The notes under the pieces are model-generated. The model saw nothing but the letters and a program-made list of their open reading frames with translations, was not told where the DNA came from and made no database searches. The position numbers were made by a program, and so were the translations under genes. From contig CP158636.1 of the NCBI GenBank assembly GCA_050273025.1, positions 2,170,001-2,234,000 on the forward strand: a stretch of DNA of 64,000 nt, given 5' to 3'. The stretch is from Cenococcum geophilum (Eukaryota). Positions 14,224-27,768 of the stretch are shown in pieces. The first letter of the stretch is position 1, and each line of letters begins with the position of its first letter.

Positions 14224-14492
14224 TGTAGGAGGGTACGACCACTCTTAGATAGGAAAGTCACAGTGCTGTCTGTCTGTCAGTCGGTCGGTCGGTTGGTCGG
14301 TCGGTCGGTCGGTTGGTCGGTCGGTCGGTTGGTTAGTCAGTTGTAATTAATTAGTAGGAAAGCAGTCAGTAAGAAGAAAGGAAAGAATGTATTCCCGGTC
14401 GGTTGTGATTAAGAGAAGGAGAGAAGCCGAAGGCTTAATATATACAGGAAAATGCTAAGGCACTAAGTAGTGGCCCATTTTACCCTACTATA
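14224..14492 (-). repeat. 3' LTR of element C, containing a (GGTC)n microsatellite
   Basis: Direct repeat of 20617-20865; begins TGTAGGAGGGTACGACC; far end RIP-altered. Confidence 0.92.
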
Positions 14493-17400
14493 TACCTCCC
14501 CTACTAAGAACGTTGTCCCCTAACATTCTATACTATAGAAGAATAGCCAAATAAAAGAATAGCAAAAGCAGAATAGAAAAAGGAAAGCGCATTCCTAAGA
14601 GAACGTAGATAACCTTATCCTCAGCCCTCCTATAGAACTGTTCCATAGCGTCCTTCCGTTACTTATAGCTAAGATCTAATCCAGCAACTAGGATAGCAGT
14701 AAACTAGAAATAATAACGGTAGTAGTAACGGCAGTAATGGTAGCGGTAACGGTAGTAGTAATAATAATAAAAGTAGACAGTTAGCGCGGTAAAATAAAAT
14801 AGAACAGTTAGCGGTAGAACAGTCGGTAGAAGAACTCGCTAATAGTTAGTAAGTAGTAGGACATCTAGTAGCAGAACTTTTGGTAATAGAAATCTTAGTA
14901 GCGGCAGACGGTTGATGGCAGTTAGTTGGTAGCAGTTGGTTAATATAGTAGTAGCAGTAGCAGTAGCAGCAGTGATAGAACAGTTAATAACAAAACGGTC
15001 GGTAGCAGTCGGTTAGAGGCAGCTAGTTGGGCGGCGGCGGGGCGATCAAAACGGTAGGGTCTGGCGGTTAGGAGAGCCACAGTAGAACAGCTAAAATAGT
15101 ATTAGGCCTAGAACAGGTCGGTTGGAATAGTTGGATGATATAGCAGATCTGGTAGATCTAGCAGCGGTATAGATCCGGCGCAGTAAGATAGAACAGTAGA
15201 GACGGAATAGTCGGTATAGCAATAGCAGTAGTGGCAGCGGTAGAATAGCTAGTTAGCAGCAGTAGAACGGATTGGTTGGAATAGTAGTATAGAACGGCAT
15301 AATAGACCTAGTAGATTTAGCAGTAAATAGACCTAGCAGCGGTACAGATCTAGGACGGTAGAGATAGTAGTTGGTTAAGATAGTAAGGACGAAATAGCTG
15401 GACGGAATAGCGGCAGCAGTAGCGGCGACGGTAGGCCAGTTAATTAAACTAGCAGAGACTACGGCCCGACTAGGTGGTTCGGCTAGTTATTTAATATTAG
15501 GACTCTGTATCTAGCTCTGTATCGGTCTGCATCGTACGCGGCTCTTAATTAAGGCTCTATCGGTCGCTTTGCATTAGGTCCTGTATTATTAGGCTTTATA
15601 TCCGCATCATTCTACATCTAGCTGTGCATCAGGCTGCGCATCAAGCTATGCATTAGTAGCTCTACATTGCATACTCTACGTCCGTGTTCATACCCGTGGT
15701 TCTAGAATGTTAACTAGCGATGCTTCCGATAATCTACTAACTGTATACTGATTTCCTATACAGGCCTAGTCTCTACGTATGTATCTGCGTGCGTGCCTTT
15801 ATGCCTGCTTTAACGGCTAGATAAAGACTGCCTAATTGGTTAGCGATAACGTGCTACAACTGATTGGTCGGTGGTTTAATTAAGGTAGAAAGTCGGCCCG
15901 GTTAAAGGCCCTAATTGTCCTGATTTAAATATAGAGATGGCATTTAGCTAATCTAGACTTAATAAGGCCCTGGCTTAACTTAAGGTGTCTTCTACTATAT
16001 GTATAACTGGGGCTTTATATTTGTAGATAGTTAATTAAAGCTTCCGTGTAGACGTCCGATCGGTTAAGGTTCCGCATCTGCCGTTTAATTAAGGCTTTAC
16101 ATCTATAGGCGTCTAGTTAAGCTGCCGTACTATTATCTAATTAGGGCTCTGCACCTATATGCTCTATATCCATAGGGTCCATATAAGACTCCGTATAAAG
16201 CTTTATATCTATATCTGTAGGAAAGATCGTTCTAGTTAACCAATCCGTGGGCGTTAAGACGGGCGGTAATTAATCGATAAGGGGGGCTAAAGGGAGAGAC
16301 TCTTGCAGAGGCTTTAAGACGCTAATTGGCTGTGTTTCTAACGTTCTTTTAGCCGTGTACTGGCTTTCTGATTAAGTCTAGTGCCTATATACCTGCTATT
16401 GTAGAATCTTTAACTGCTAATTAAAGACGTCTAACGGCGATGGTAACTAATTTGATTTAACTGTAACAACGTACAATTAACTGACGTTTAGATAGGGTAT
16501 TAGGTCGGCCCGACCGAAGGCTCTAATTTAATAACTTAACTATAGAGGCAGCGTTTAACTAATTAGGATTTGACAGAGGCTTTGGCTTAACTTAAGGTGT
16601 CTTCTGCTGTATATACGATTAAGGCTCTACATCTATAGGTTTGGCATCTACGGATAATCGATTAAGACTCTGGCTGTATAGTCGTTCGGTTAAAGCCTTG
16701 TATCTATATAGTTGATTAAGGCTCCGCATCGTATAATTAGGGCTCTTAGTATCTACTAGACGTCTAATCTAGAGACCTGTTTTAAGACTTCCTTCTTTAC
16801 GAGCACTAACGGTAGCTTCCTCTGAACTACTATAATAGGCCTAGCGCTTTTATAGAATGTCCTTAATAGCTACTTTCTTCCTTTTCTAAGCCGTCCTTAC
16901 TCTTGGCTTCTTTAGTGCATTCTTAGGCTTTTACGGCTGCTTCTTTGTTCCCGCTACTGGCAGTACACTTGTGTATCCTTAATCTTCTTCCGGCTTAAGA
17001 ACCCTTTTAGGATTGTCTTCTGCTTCTAGTCTCTTTATTGCTGTCCTGCTGACTCTATACTTTGTCTAAGTCGTCCTTTGAAACTATCCGGTGGCAGCTT
17101 CTTGGCTATTATAACTACCTCCGTCGTATATCCCTTGGCCTTATATCTATAATACAGCCCTTTATTAGATAACCTCTAAGGAAAAGCGCTGGTTTCTGTA
17201 CGTCCAATTCCTGTTCCCCTTATAATCCCTAATAAGGTCCTTTACTAGCTCAGCCAGACACGGCTCAGTCCTGTCTTTAGTCGTATAAGGATGGCTTAGG
17301 CTTAATGTGGTTAGCTATGCCTTATATACAATCTCTTGCAGAGCATCTTTGTTAGTGCCTCTTTATATACTACTTTATGGTTCTACGGTGCTTGTTTCTA

Positions 17401-20400
17401 ATATCGTGCTGCTGTCCTTATATATAGGTCCCTTCCTTGCCGCGGTGTCTGTTCTTGTCGTGTAGCTAGTGTAGTACTGAATTCGGGTAGTAGGGCAGAG
17501 CTGCGATTAGCTGTTATTTAAATAAGGAACAAAGTCGGCCCGGTTAAAGGCTCTAATTTAACAACATTCGACTAATATAATTTAGTGACGGCGACATGCT
17601 GATATTAAGGCTCTGGCTTAATTCGTTCCTTTAACTAACCGTAGCTTTTATGCGGTTATTTAAGACTAAGGCTTCCGTACAGTCATTTAATTAAGGCTCC
17701 GCGTATAGCTCTGCATCTGGCTCTGTATTGTATAATCGGCTCTATATCCGTGCAATTAATTAAGGCTCTTAGTGCCGTTCTCGTCGTGTAGCTAGCGCAT
17801 CATCGAATTCTAGGGGCGGTATAGAGTTCTGCTAGTTCTACTGCTAAATAGACTAATTAGGATTTTCCGTGCCGGGTATAGAAAATCGCTATTAGCTTGG
17901 TAATAGGCGGTAAGCTAAACTAATATCTTTGTAGTAGGACGCGTTAATATATCGCGATTAAGAAAGTAAATAAGAAAGGAGCTTTAGGAAATATAGTAAA
18001 TAAGCAGATAAATAGAAATCTTTTACCGGCCGTTACCTACGTCCCTTCCCCCACCTTAGAACTTAACTGTCCCCTAGTTGAAAATTCTATACCTGCGGCG
18101 GAGCCTGCTGCGGAGCCTGCTGTGGTGCTTGCTGCGGAGCCTAGTTACACGGTTATCTCTAAGGTTGCGGCCAAGGGTTAGACGATCCGTCTATAGGTAC
18201 TACTTAATAATAGTCTTCCCTAGCTTTAGCTGCCTTATCTGTAGGCTGTAACCTAATCTGGATGTAATCTCCTAGTCGTATATTATTCTCCTACGGCTTT
18301 ATAGCTGTCCTAGTTATATAGCTATCTTTAAGGGTTAGGCGATTCTAATAGTAGTCCCCCCAGTTTATACTTTTCTTATTACTAATCTTTAGCGCTGCTC
18401 CGTTATAGAAGGCCCGCTGCTATGTCTGTTCTTTCTTTAGTCTATCTAGGTTTACTCCTTAGTATATATAGAGCCAGTTCTTAATACCTTTTAGTCGTCC
18501 TTTATTACTGAGCTACGGGAGTTTAGGTCTAGGTTAATTGCATGTTTTGGCTATTAGTCTTCCTTAATCGGATAGATGTATAAGTCCTTGCTAAATAAGA
18601 TTCTTTAAGCTTTGATATTCGTGCTTAATAAAACGGTAACTCCCTTCGCATCTAAAATAGGTCCATTGGCCTTGTCCTCGCGTACCCTATATGTCCCGTT
18701 GCGGCAGTCTAAAGGTAGTAGAACCTTACGGATATTGGAAGTCCTACGAATATTAAGAGTCTTGCGAAGGTTGGGTGCTATTCTACTAGTTTTTATATCC
18801 TGGTGCTAGGCTATATCCTTATACTAGGCTTTAAACTATAGCTTAATTTATAATAGGCGACTACTACTATACTAGGGCTCCTCTATGTATACCTAGTCTA
18901 ACTAGGTTAAGAAGTCTTTCTTCTCTGTTATAGTTAACCTTATCCCTTTAAACTAGCTGCTAATTGCGGAATTGTTTAACTAGCTAACAAAGGCTCTGCT
19001 TCTTAGGGTTTATTTTTAATAAATGATCTGCGCCCTTATATAAACTAAGTCTGTCCTCTATGGCTTTTTACAGCTAATAGAAGTTAAAGGACTTTCGTCT
19101 ATCTAGGTTAGCTCCTATTTTAGCTATAGCGTATCTTTAATATTTAAGCGGAAGTCCTTTTATAAACCAGTATCCTTGCTAACTGTTATCTAAATTACTA
19201 GCTTTAGTAGCCTTTTAAGAGATTAATGCGAACTGTCTATAGTACTCGCGTATGCTATTTAGCGGATTGTCCCTATACTACTATATATAGGCTTCTAAGA
19301 ATTCTACCGTTTCTATTTATCGAAATTAGTTACTTCCTTAGTATTCTACCCTAAGCTTTCTTATAAGCTCTATCTAGTTACCAGCTATAAATTTAGGCAA
19401 GCTTCGAATCCACATCCCTATTTAGTAATCGCAGTACTCCGGAAGGCCCTAGTATTTTTTTTTACTTATTATATAGTGTTGGACGCATAGCCGTTTATAC
19501 TACTTAATAAACTGTAACACGTCCTACCCTATAAAGTACGGAGTTTTAATAGTTCCTAGGGCTGGTATAGGCTAGACCATAACGTAGACTTTATCTTAAG
19601 TCGTTAACCGCTAGTTACGTGCATCTAGCGCTTCCTTAGGAGCTTATAGGCGGTCTTTATGATTCTTATCCTTCGTCTATAGAAGGTTAGTCCTAGGTAT
19701 TATAGGTAAATGCTATGGTAAATCTGCTTGCATTACCGCCTGAGGTAATAGTGTCCTAGATGGCTGTTCTAGTGTTGGTTTATACTTAGCAAAAGAAGTA
19801 TAGGCTTTAGTTCCTTCTGGCTACTTCTTAACGCCTAAAGGTTAGTCTTCCTAGGAGAGTACAGAATCGCCATCTTCTACTACTGCCGGGTCTTGATACG
19901 TCCGTCTATTTTAGCCTGCCGTTACTCTATGTGGTAGGGTACTGCTACGCCTTAGGCTTCCGCTTATATCTACTTCTTTATAAAACGCCTCTAGAGCCGC
20001 CGCTGATATAATCTAGATAACTTAAAAGAAGATAAAGCTAAGCTAGAATAGGAAGCTTTTAAGGAGAGACCTGATCTCGTGTGCTTGCGACCTTACTTAG
20101 TATTCTCTCTTCTGTTCCTAAAGGCCAGCGCTAACTTCCTCTACTATTAAATGCCTTAGATCTCGTTTCTATCTAATTAATTGGTCCTTAGCTTATCGTC
20201 TCTGCGTTTTTAATAAAGCTCTAGCTATGCTCGTGCGCAGGTAGGAGAAATATCAGCCGCCGTTAAAGTTGTCTGATTGGCTTACTGGTTCGCCTAACGT
20301 CCTTACTTATAACTTTCCGAGACACTCTTTTTGCCACTCTTTGGCCTATGCGTTGAGTCTAATATCTATCTTTTCCGCTGTCTTTCTGTTTAGGGACTAC

Positions 20401-20616
20401 CTGGTTCCCCTTGCTGTCCGATACTGCCTGGTTCTCTGCTTTCGTCTCGTCTGTCTAGCTGGCGGTTCTTCTGCAGCTGGTCGTTCTTCTATAGCTGGTC
20501 GTTCTTCTGCAGCTAGTATATTCCTGCGTATCTCCTGTATATATAGTTGTGTGTAGAATGCCAGACTTCTAATCTGAAGAGCTTGCCGTCGTCCCTACGT
20601 GGAATGCCATAAAATA

Positions 20617-20865
20617 TGTAGGAGGGTACGACCACTCTCAGATAGGAAAGTCACAGTGCTGTCTGTCTGTCGGTCGGTCGGTCAGTCGGTCGGTTAGTTA
20701 GTCGGTTAGTTAGTTATAATCAATTAGTAGGAAAGCAGTTAGTAAGAAGAAAGGAAAGAATATATTCCCAGTCAATCGTGATCAAGAGAAGGAGAGAAGC
20801 CGAAGGCTCGATATATACAGGAAAATGCCAAGGCACTAAGTAGTGGCCCATTTTACCCCACCACA
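20617..20865 (-). repeat. 5' LTR of element C
   Basis: TGTAGGAGGG...CCCCACCACA; direct repeat of 14224-14492 with fewer GGTC units. Confidence 0.92.
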
Positions 20866-21259
20866 ATATTAGTAAGCATAGGGGGCGGGGCGGCATTATA
20901 AAAAAAATTACTAGTATCTTAAATTAGGTTTATACTAATTAAGCAATTTTAGTATTTAGCCGCATTTAGTTGCATTTTACGGCTATATACTACACCGCCA
21001 ATAATAATGCTGCAATTTGCGGCTAAACGCCGCCTTAATAATAAAAGTGCTGCAAGCTGCAGCTTAATACTCTCTTAGAAATAATAATACTAGAAATATT
21101 TTAGTTAACTAAGTTTACTATATATGTTATGCTACTACCTATAAGTTACTAGAAGATACGTCCCTTAGCCTATATATACGCCACTATATAATTATAATAG
21201 GTTTCGCTATATAGTGGCTATATATAGTGTTTGGAACTATCTATAGTTATATTATACTC

Positions 21260-24200
21260 TTATAATCGTTACCAGTATTAGATAGTCTTGGTGTCTTCCT
21301 TCTTACCTTAGCCTACTTTTAAGCTTAAATTGGCCTTCTCCTTATATACCAACTTATGCAGAATAACGTAAATTTAGTTAACTTTAATATCCTCTGCTTA
21401 ATACTCGACTTCTAATTAACTATAATAGTACTATAGCAGACGGGCTTAGTCTATCCTTATTAATCTATCTAAGTAAACAGTTACTTTATCTCTAAGAGCT
21501 TATAGCTTAGCTTAACCATAATAGTGTAATTTATACGCTATAGGTTAATAGACAGCCTAATTAATATAAAGGTATAAAGTAGGATCTACTTAAAGTTATT
21601 AGTGTTAAAGGTTTGCCTAGCCTTAGCCTTTTTAATATTGGATATACCGGCTATATAGTGGAGTACCTTATCTTTACTATATTCTTTATATAGCCTATTA
21701 AACTAATAAGCTAGTATAAGAGGTAAGTAAGTAGTAATAATAATCTTATACGCTAAACCATCCGTTTATTTTTTAACATAAATATAATCACAGATTTTTT
21801 TAGCTTAAAAGAACTTTATATTCTGTTAAAAATAGCGGTTAAGTATATTAGTGAACTCCTTACTAAGCGGGTTAGTAGTCTACTTAGCGATAATTAGGTC
21901 CTTAAGTGTGCAACTCTAAGTTTTTAGGCGTTTGTTATTAGACTTATTAAACTTATTAGACTTAATTATAATAGGGGTATACTGGTCCTAGTATTAGACA
22001 ACCTAGGCTACGCTTACTACCGTTTTCGCGTTAGTATATAACTCAGCTTAGGTAAGTTTCAGTATTTTAGGTTTAGTATTTAAATCGCTACTATCTTCCT
22101 CCTATATAGCCAGAAGTTCCTTATATTAGCGCCTCTACTCTATCCTTACTTAGTCCTCTATAGCTATAATTATAGCCACCTCGGTGTTATTAGGGTTAGC
22201 CTATAATATAACTAATTTAAAACAGCTATTCTTTGGGATAAGCTTTTACTAGTTAAACTAGAGTATTAACTCCCCTCTATATATCTAAAACGTTAGAATG
22301 ACTATATGGAAAAATATAGCTAGTTTACCGAATTTCCTATCTACTATTACTCTGGCTAGGTTAGTCTTCGCATTCTTATAGAGACGGTTAAATTTCTTCT
22401 TCTTTAGCTAGATGTTTTCTTCTTTAAGCTTAAGCAGTACTTCGAACTCTATTCCCTTTAGCTTATTAGCTTCTTCCCACTTTAGCCTCTTTAATTCTAC
22501 TATAATGAACTATATTAGTTATATTAGGTTTCCGTTATTAGGCGTATTAGATACACCCTATACAGTAAAGCTGCGATCATACGTAATACGGTACTTCTTA
22601 ACCATATCCTTAATAAACGATATTAAGACTCTACCGGTTGCGTTTAGGTGGTATTTATCCTAGAGGATATGCCTAACCTATATTATACTCTTTAATTTCT
22701 AATACGTTCTAGGGGATTAGCTATTTAGATATTTCTATATATTAGTTTATATAGTAATAAACCCGTATATTAGTTGTGTGGTAATACAATTTCGCATAGT
22801 AATTAAAAGGAATTAGGTTAAGTGTCTTAGCGCTAATAGTTCCGTCGCATTAGGGGTAGAGCTATAATTATTCTTAAACCTAGCTTTACCCTATAGGTGT
22901 AATAGGAGAGCCTTACTAACTAGATATATATTATTATCGTTCTCCTATTATTCCTTATTAGTCTACTTAAGAGCCTTATAAATTTACAGCTATTTATCCT
23001 TTTTTAGTTTACTAAATATCTTAACTTTATTATAGCTAGGGGCGAGAATTGTAATCCAGGGTAGGTTAGGGCGCTTTATAATCGCGCTATCTTATAATAT
23101 TATACTTACGTCCTTTAGAAATCCTAGTAGGCCTAGGGTCGGCGTAAAGACGACTAAATAGCCTCGCTGTGGGTCTATAGGGTATAGCTTCTTAAAGTTG
23201 TCTTTACAGTAGCATATAATCGGCTGCTTTGCTACCTATAGGTATTTTAAATCCGGCGGATATATCTTAGGTAGGTAGCGGGTTATATCCCTAGCAGCTT
23301 AGGCCTCTTAAACGTCTATTACGTTCTAATAATAAAAGTAGTTTATTAGCTATTAAGTGATTATTTATACAGTCTTGCCCGCGCTAGGTTTATCTATATA
23401 GATGCTACCTCCTTTAATCGTCCTCTTTTACTTAAATGCCTAAGCTATATATACTACTTAGTATAGGCTAAATTTAAAGCCTAATGCGAGGCCCTAATTA
23501 GGGAGTTCAATTAGGGCGGTCTTAAAGAGTGCTTTTAATAAAATAAGTAGGAAATACTCTAGAGTAAGTAAAAGATCCGCCTTTATTATATGCGCTAATA
23601 CGCTATTTAAGTTATCCTTCCCGACCTTATAGAGCTAGGCTAAGAAAGTTTACTAGTTAAGTTCTTCCTCTACGTCTATATCTTAGTTATTATTATTAAC
23701 TAAATCCTTATTTTAGTCGCTATTATTAACTAAATCCTTGTCTTTATCTCCACTCTTTATATCCTTAAAGTTAGTATAATATAGAAACTAATTATTATAT
23801 CCACCGGCACGTTGCGGCAATTTACTATCCTCTACGGTAATATCTTAAGGGATATTAATAGTTGGTAATGTAGTAGTAGGGTCGTCTATTATATTGTTAG
23901 GCTAGTATATACCTTTAGGTTTAGTAATAAATTACAGCGATTTACTATTATTTGCGGCAATTTCTTTAGTACTGCTGTTACTTGCTAATATAGGCTTATA
24001 GGTAGATAGGTTACGTCTTCCCTTTACTAATCACCTTCTACGTATAACCGGCTCATTATCGCTGTTTTCCATAAGGGTGCCTACCACTAATTTTGCTTAA
24101 GGGCGTTTTCTACTTCTATTTAGGTTGGCCTTATAATTATTTAACTTCCTAGGCGCGGCCGGCTTACTTTTATTATTCTCCGCTAAGGCACTTATTACCA

Positions 24201-25370
24201 ATTTTAGTTAAGGCCACTTATTATATCTGCCTAATTTAGTCTTATTATTATTTAATTTCTTATATCTAATAGGCTTGCCCTTACTATCTTTATTGGAGCT
24301 ATATACTGCTAATTCTAAACAACTCCACTTCTTGCCTTCTCCTAATTTACTCTTACCGCTAGCCTTATACGGCGTTAGGACTTACTAGCTATTTTTTACA
24401 CTACGTCCGTTACGTCCAGGCGCCTTAGATTTAATAGCTAGCGGTATATTATTAGTAGCAGTAACTTAGGAGTTTAAGTTAGGAGGTAAGAGTAATACTA
24501 TAAGCATGGCCTCATTTATGCTATTTTACGCTATTTCGCTAAGACCTACAATAAGTATACCCTCCAACCGTATTATAAGGTTTTTATATCTCTACAGCAA
24601 TATATAGATGTTCTTTTTAGGCGGACCGTTAATATTAAGCTCTATATAGGCTTATAGTTCCTCCTATAGCTTACCTAGAGCTATATATAGGTTTCCGCTT
24701 ATTAGATATAAGACTTAAACTACCCTAACTATTAACCTACCCGTTATGCCTATAGATTAGATTTTAATCTTAATATCTCCTATATTAATTATGTTACTCG
24801 CCGCTAGGGTTGCTAGCTAAGGCAAAGGGATACCATATAGTAGGGTTGTGGTAACGTCTATAGGCTATATCGCATACAGTAGCTAAGGTAGCGTCGTCTT
24901 ATCTTATGCTTTAGTCTTTAGGGGTAATATATATTCACGCAGAGCATGCCCACTCTTAGAGGTACTTAGTACCCTTCTTACGCGATTAGAATAAGCACTT
25001 TCTATAATTTTTAGAATTACCTATAGTTTCCAATTTAGTAGAGTATTAGTAAATTATAGGAGTTACTTATAAAACTCCTTAATATGCCCTTCTTTTATTA
25101 TTATAGAGTTACCGCAATATATTACGTGCTTAGGCTTAACTTTAATTATAATATCTTTAACCTTCTTTTTTAGTCTATTATAGTTTTCGATGCTTATTCC
25201 AAAGCCTTAGGCAATATTTACATCTTTAATTAGCTTTAGGTTCGCCTTATACTACGCGTCCGGCTTTACCTATAGTTACATTATTATTAAGTCGCTTATT
25301 CGGTTAGGTACGTATAATATTACGGCATATATTAAGTAGAAGGTAACTATTAAAGTAGGAGGGCTTTATA
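21260..25370 (-). pseudogene. SNF2-family (SF2) helicase/ATPase, RIP-inactivated, inside the TIR element
   Basis: De-RIP motif I GGSICMDEPGAGKTVQ (~23365-23412); motif II LQD(E)YH (~22650-22665); motif III WGVS(G)TP (~22540-22560); motif V INLQR.NYTIMV(EP) (~21510-21550); motif VI QLF.RIDRQGQTKPV (~21440-21483); long low-complexity/acidic N-terminal part. Confidence 0.82.
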
Positions 25371-25753
25371 TGGTAGCTAGCTAGCGCTACACTAGCATAA
25401 CTTTAGTATTAGACGTAGTTAGAGGTTAGTTATAGGAGAGATAAAAGGTAGGATAAGTAAAGTTAATTAAGAAGAGGTAAAGAGGTAGATCTTATAATTG
25501 CCCGCACATACCCGCATAAAGGTAAAATTAGCTATAGTTTACTGCTACTAGTTAGGGTAAATACGGCTAGACTTAGTACTATATAGTTAAATAAGGGCAC
25601 AATTATATAACTTATAGGGACTACCCTACCTAGCCTATTTAGGGCTAGGTGGCGGTCTAGTACCGCTAAATTTTTATAGTTTTTAATATAAGCGATTTGT
25701 TAAGTGCCTATAAAGGAGTAACTAGTTATTACGGCATAGTAGACTATAGAAAG

Positions 25754-26079
25754 TTATAGGCGTTACTATATTTCTTATTATTATATAAAGTCGGTATATA
25801 TACGCGCCGCTAAAGTTAAAGGGCTAGCCTACGTCTATATATGCGGGCTCTATTACTATAAAGTGTTTACTATACAATAGGTAGTATTTCTGGTAAACGG
25901 TAATATATTATACTTATTATAGGCGTTACTATATTTCTTATTATTATATAAAGTTGGTGGATATACACGCTACTAAAGTTAGAGGGCTAGCCTGCGTCTA
26001 TATATACGGACTCTATTACTACAAAGTGCTTAGTATATAATAGGTAGTACTTCTAGTAAACGGCAACGTATTACACTCA
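25754..26079. repeat. Two tandem ~163-bp direct repeats between the divergent helicase genes
   Basis: TTATAGGCGTTACTATATTTCTTATTATTATATAAAG... starts at 25754 and again at 25917. Confidence 0.9.
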
Positions 26080-26414
26080 CTTTATAATTGCTAGTGTTAT
26101 TATTATACTATATAGCACTTAAGGGCCTACTAGATAAGTTTATCTACATCGGCAAAATATTGTCCCTTGTAAATGACCTCAGCTGCTAGAAGTTGGCGTC
26201 GTTGGCGGGCCATTAAGGGCATTGACCAACTTGACAAACCAGCCTATGTTGAGTTTATTTGACACGCAGCCTGCGCGCAGCCTGTGCATAGCCTGCGCAA
26301 ACTGCGCAAACTGCGCAACCTATATAACTTATAATTTTAGATAATAAAGGCTACTTTAAAGCCGTTTATAAAGCTAGCAAGATAAATTATATACACTTCT
26401 TTATATAATCTATT

Positions 26415-26670
26415 ATGTCTACATCTGCTACCTATCTGCATCGTCTACCTATCTACATCACCTACCTATCTGCATTACCTACCTGTCTGCATTACCTACC
26501 TGTCTATATCGCCTACCTATCTGCATCGTCTACCTGTCTACATTACCTACCTATCTGCATTACCTACCTGTCTGCATTACCTACCTGCCTGCATCGCCTA
26601 CCTGTCTGCATCGTCTACCTATCTACATCGTCTACCTATCTGCATCGCCTACCTGTCTACATCTGCCTAT
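26415..26670. repeat. Degenerate CTACCTGTCTGCATCG-type minisatellite
   Basis: Direct reading; explains the repetitive ORF 26415-26672. Confidence 0.9.
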
Positions 26671-26896
26671 AGTGTCTAATTTAATTCGGGGGAGAGGTCG
26701 GCCCGATTAAAGGCTCTGATTGATTCGAATCGTTCTCCATGGCCATTCGCTGGCTGTACATTCGAACAGTGGTCATCTAGGGTGCCTCCCTAGGAGGCCT
26801 TGATTCGATTCAATTCGGTAATAGGCTCTGGATTAATTCAATTGATCGATTGAATCGTTTATAGTGTTCGCTGGCTGGTTGTTCGAACGGTCGTCG

Positions 26897-27097
26897 TCTG
26901 GTTCTGGTAACGGTCGTCTGCTAGTTCTGGCGACGGTCGTCTGGTTCTGGCGACGGTCGTCTGGTTCTGGCGACGGTCATCTGGTTCTGGCGACGTTCGT
27001 CTAGTTCTGGCGACGGTCGTGGTTCTGGCGACGGTCATCTAGTTCTGGCGACGGTCGTCTAGTTCTGGCGACGGTCGTCTAGTTCTGGCGACGGTCC
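26897..27097. repeat. 21-bp tandem repeat TCTGGTTCTGGCGACGGTCGT (~9 copies)
   Basis: Head-to-tail units with no spacers. Confidence 0.92.
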
Positions 27098-27559
27098 TCT
27101 CCTACCTGCCTACCTGCCTGCCTACCTACTTGTCTGCCTACCTACTTGTTTGTCTACCTACCTACCTGCCTACCTGCCTGCCTGCCTGCGTCAGTGTCTG
27201 GTTTAATTCGGGGGAGGAGTCGGCCTGATCGAAGGCTCTTATTGATTCGAATCGTTCTCTATGGCCGTTCGCTGGCTGTACATTCGAACGGTAGTCGTCT
27301 GGGGTGCCTCCCTAGGAGGTCTTGATTCGATTCGGTGACGGGCCGATATTGAAGCTCTGGTTCAATTCGATCGATCAATTGATTGAATCGTTCGTGGTGT
27401 TTGCTGGCTGGTCGTTCGAACGGTCGTCGTCTGGTTCTGGCGACGGTCCTCTGCTGGCTGCCGTTCTAGTGCCTCCTAAGGTAGGGAGGATGTAAGGAAG
27501 GGTAAAAAATAAGGTGGCTGCAAAGGGGGTAACTTGGCAGAGGCACGTGCGGGGACCCG

Positions 27560-27768
27560 ATGTAGAGCTTCGTGTAGAGCAGAGCTTCGCGCAGAGCCTC
27601 GTGCAGAGCCTCTGTACGTAGAGCTTCGTGTAGAGCTTCGTGTAGAGCTTCGTGCAGAGCCTCGTGCAGAGCCTCTGTACGCAGAGCTTCGTGCAGAGCC
27701 TCTGTCGCAGAGCTTCGTGCAGAGCCTCTGTCGCAGAGCTTCGTGTAGAGCTTCGTGTAGAGCCTCTT
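27560..27768. repeat. 12-bp-based tandem repeat GCAGAGC(C/T)TCGT
   Basis: Direct reading; explains the repetitive ORFs on both strands. Confidence 0.9.

Larger units (their letters stand above)
14224..20865 (-). mobile_element. Non-autonomous LTR retroelement C (gag-like region, no recognisable pol), 6642 bp
   Basis: LTRs at 14224-14492 and 20617-20865; 4-bp TSD ATAT; minus-strand PPT GTAGGGGAGGTA next to 14492; gag-like de-RIP sequence (LPEYCD..IGMWIRSLP..., IREYCRQF..., GYWFMKGLP) at ~19100-19450; no RT, RNase H or integrase motif seen. Confidence 0.85.

Noticed and set aside
17838..17902. Hammerhead ribozyme (CTAATTAG...GAAA read as a RIPed CUGANGA...GAAA core)
   Set aside because: The GAAA is paired within the hairpin, and stems I and III could not be built.
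20590..20616. tRNA primer-binding site of element C
   Set aside because: A TGG lies a few nt inside the LTR on the minus strand, but I could not match it to a specific tRNA 3' end.
26897..27097. CRISPR-like array
   Set aside because: Head-to-tail units with no unique spacers, in a eukaryotic TE context.
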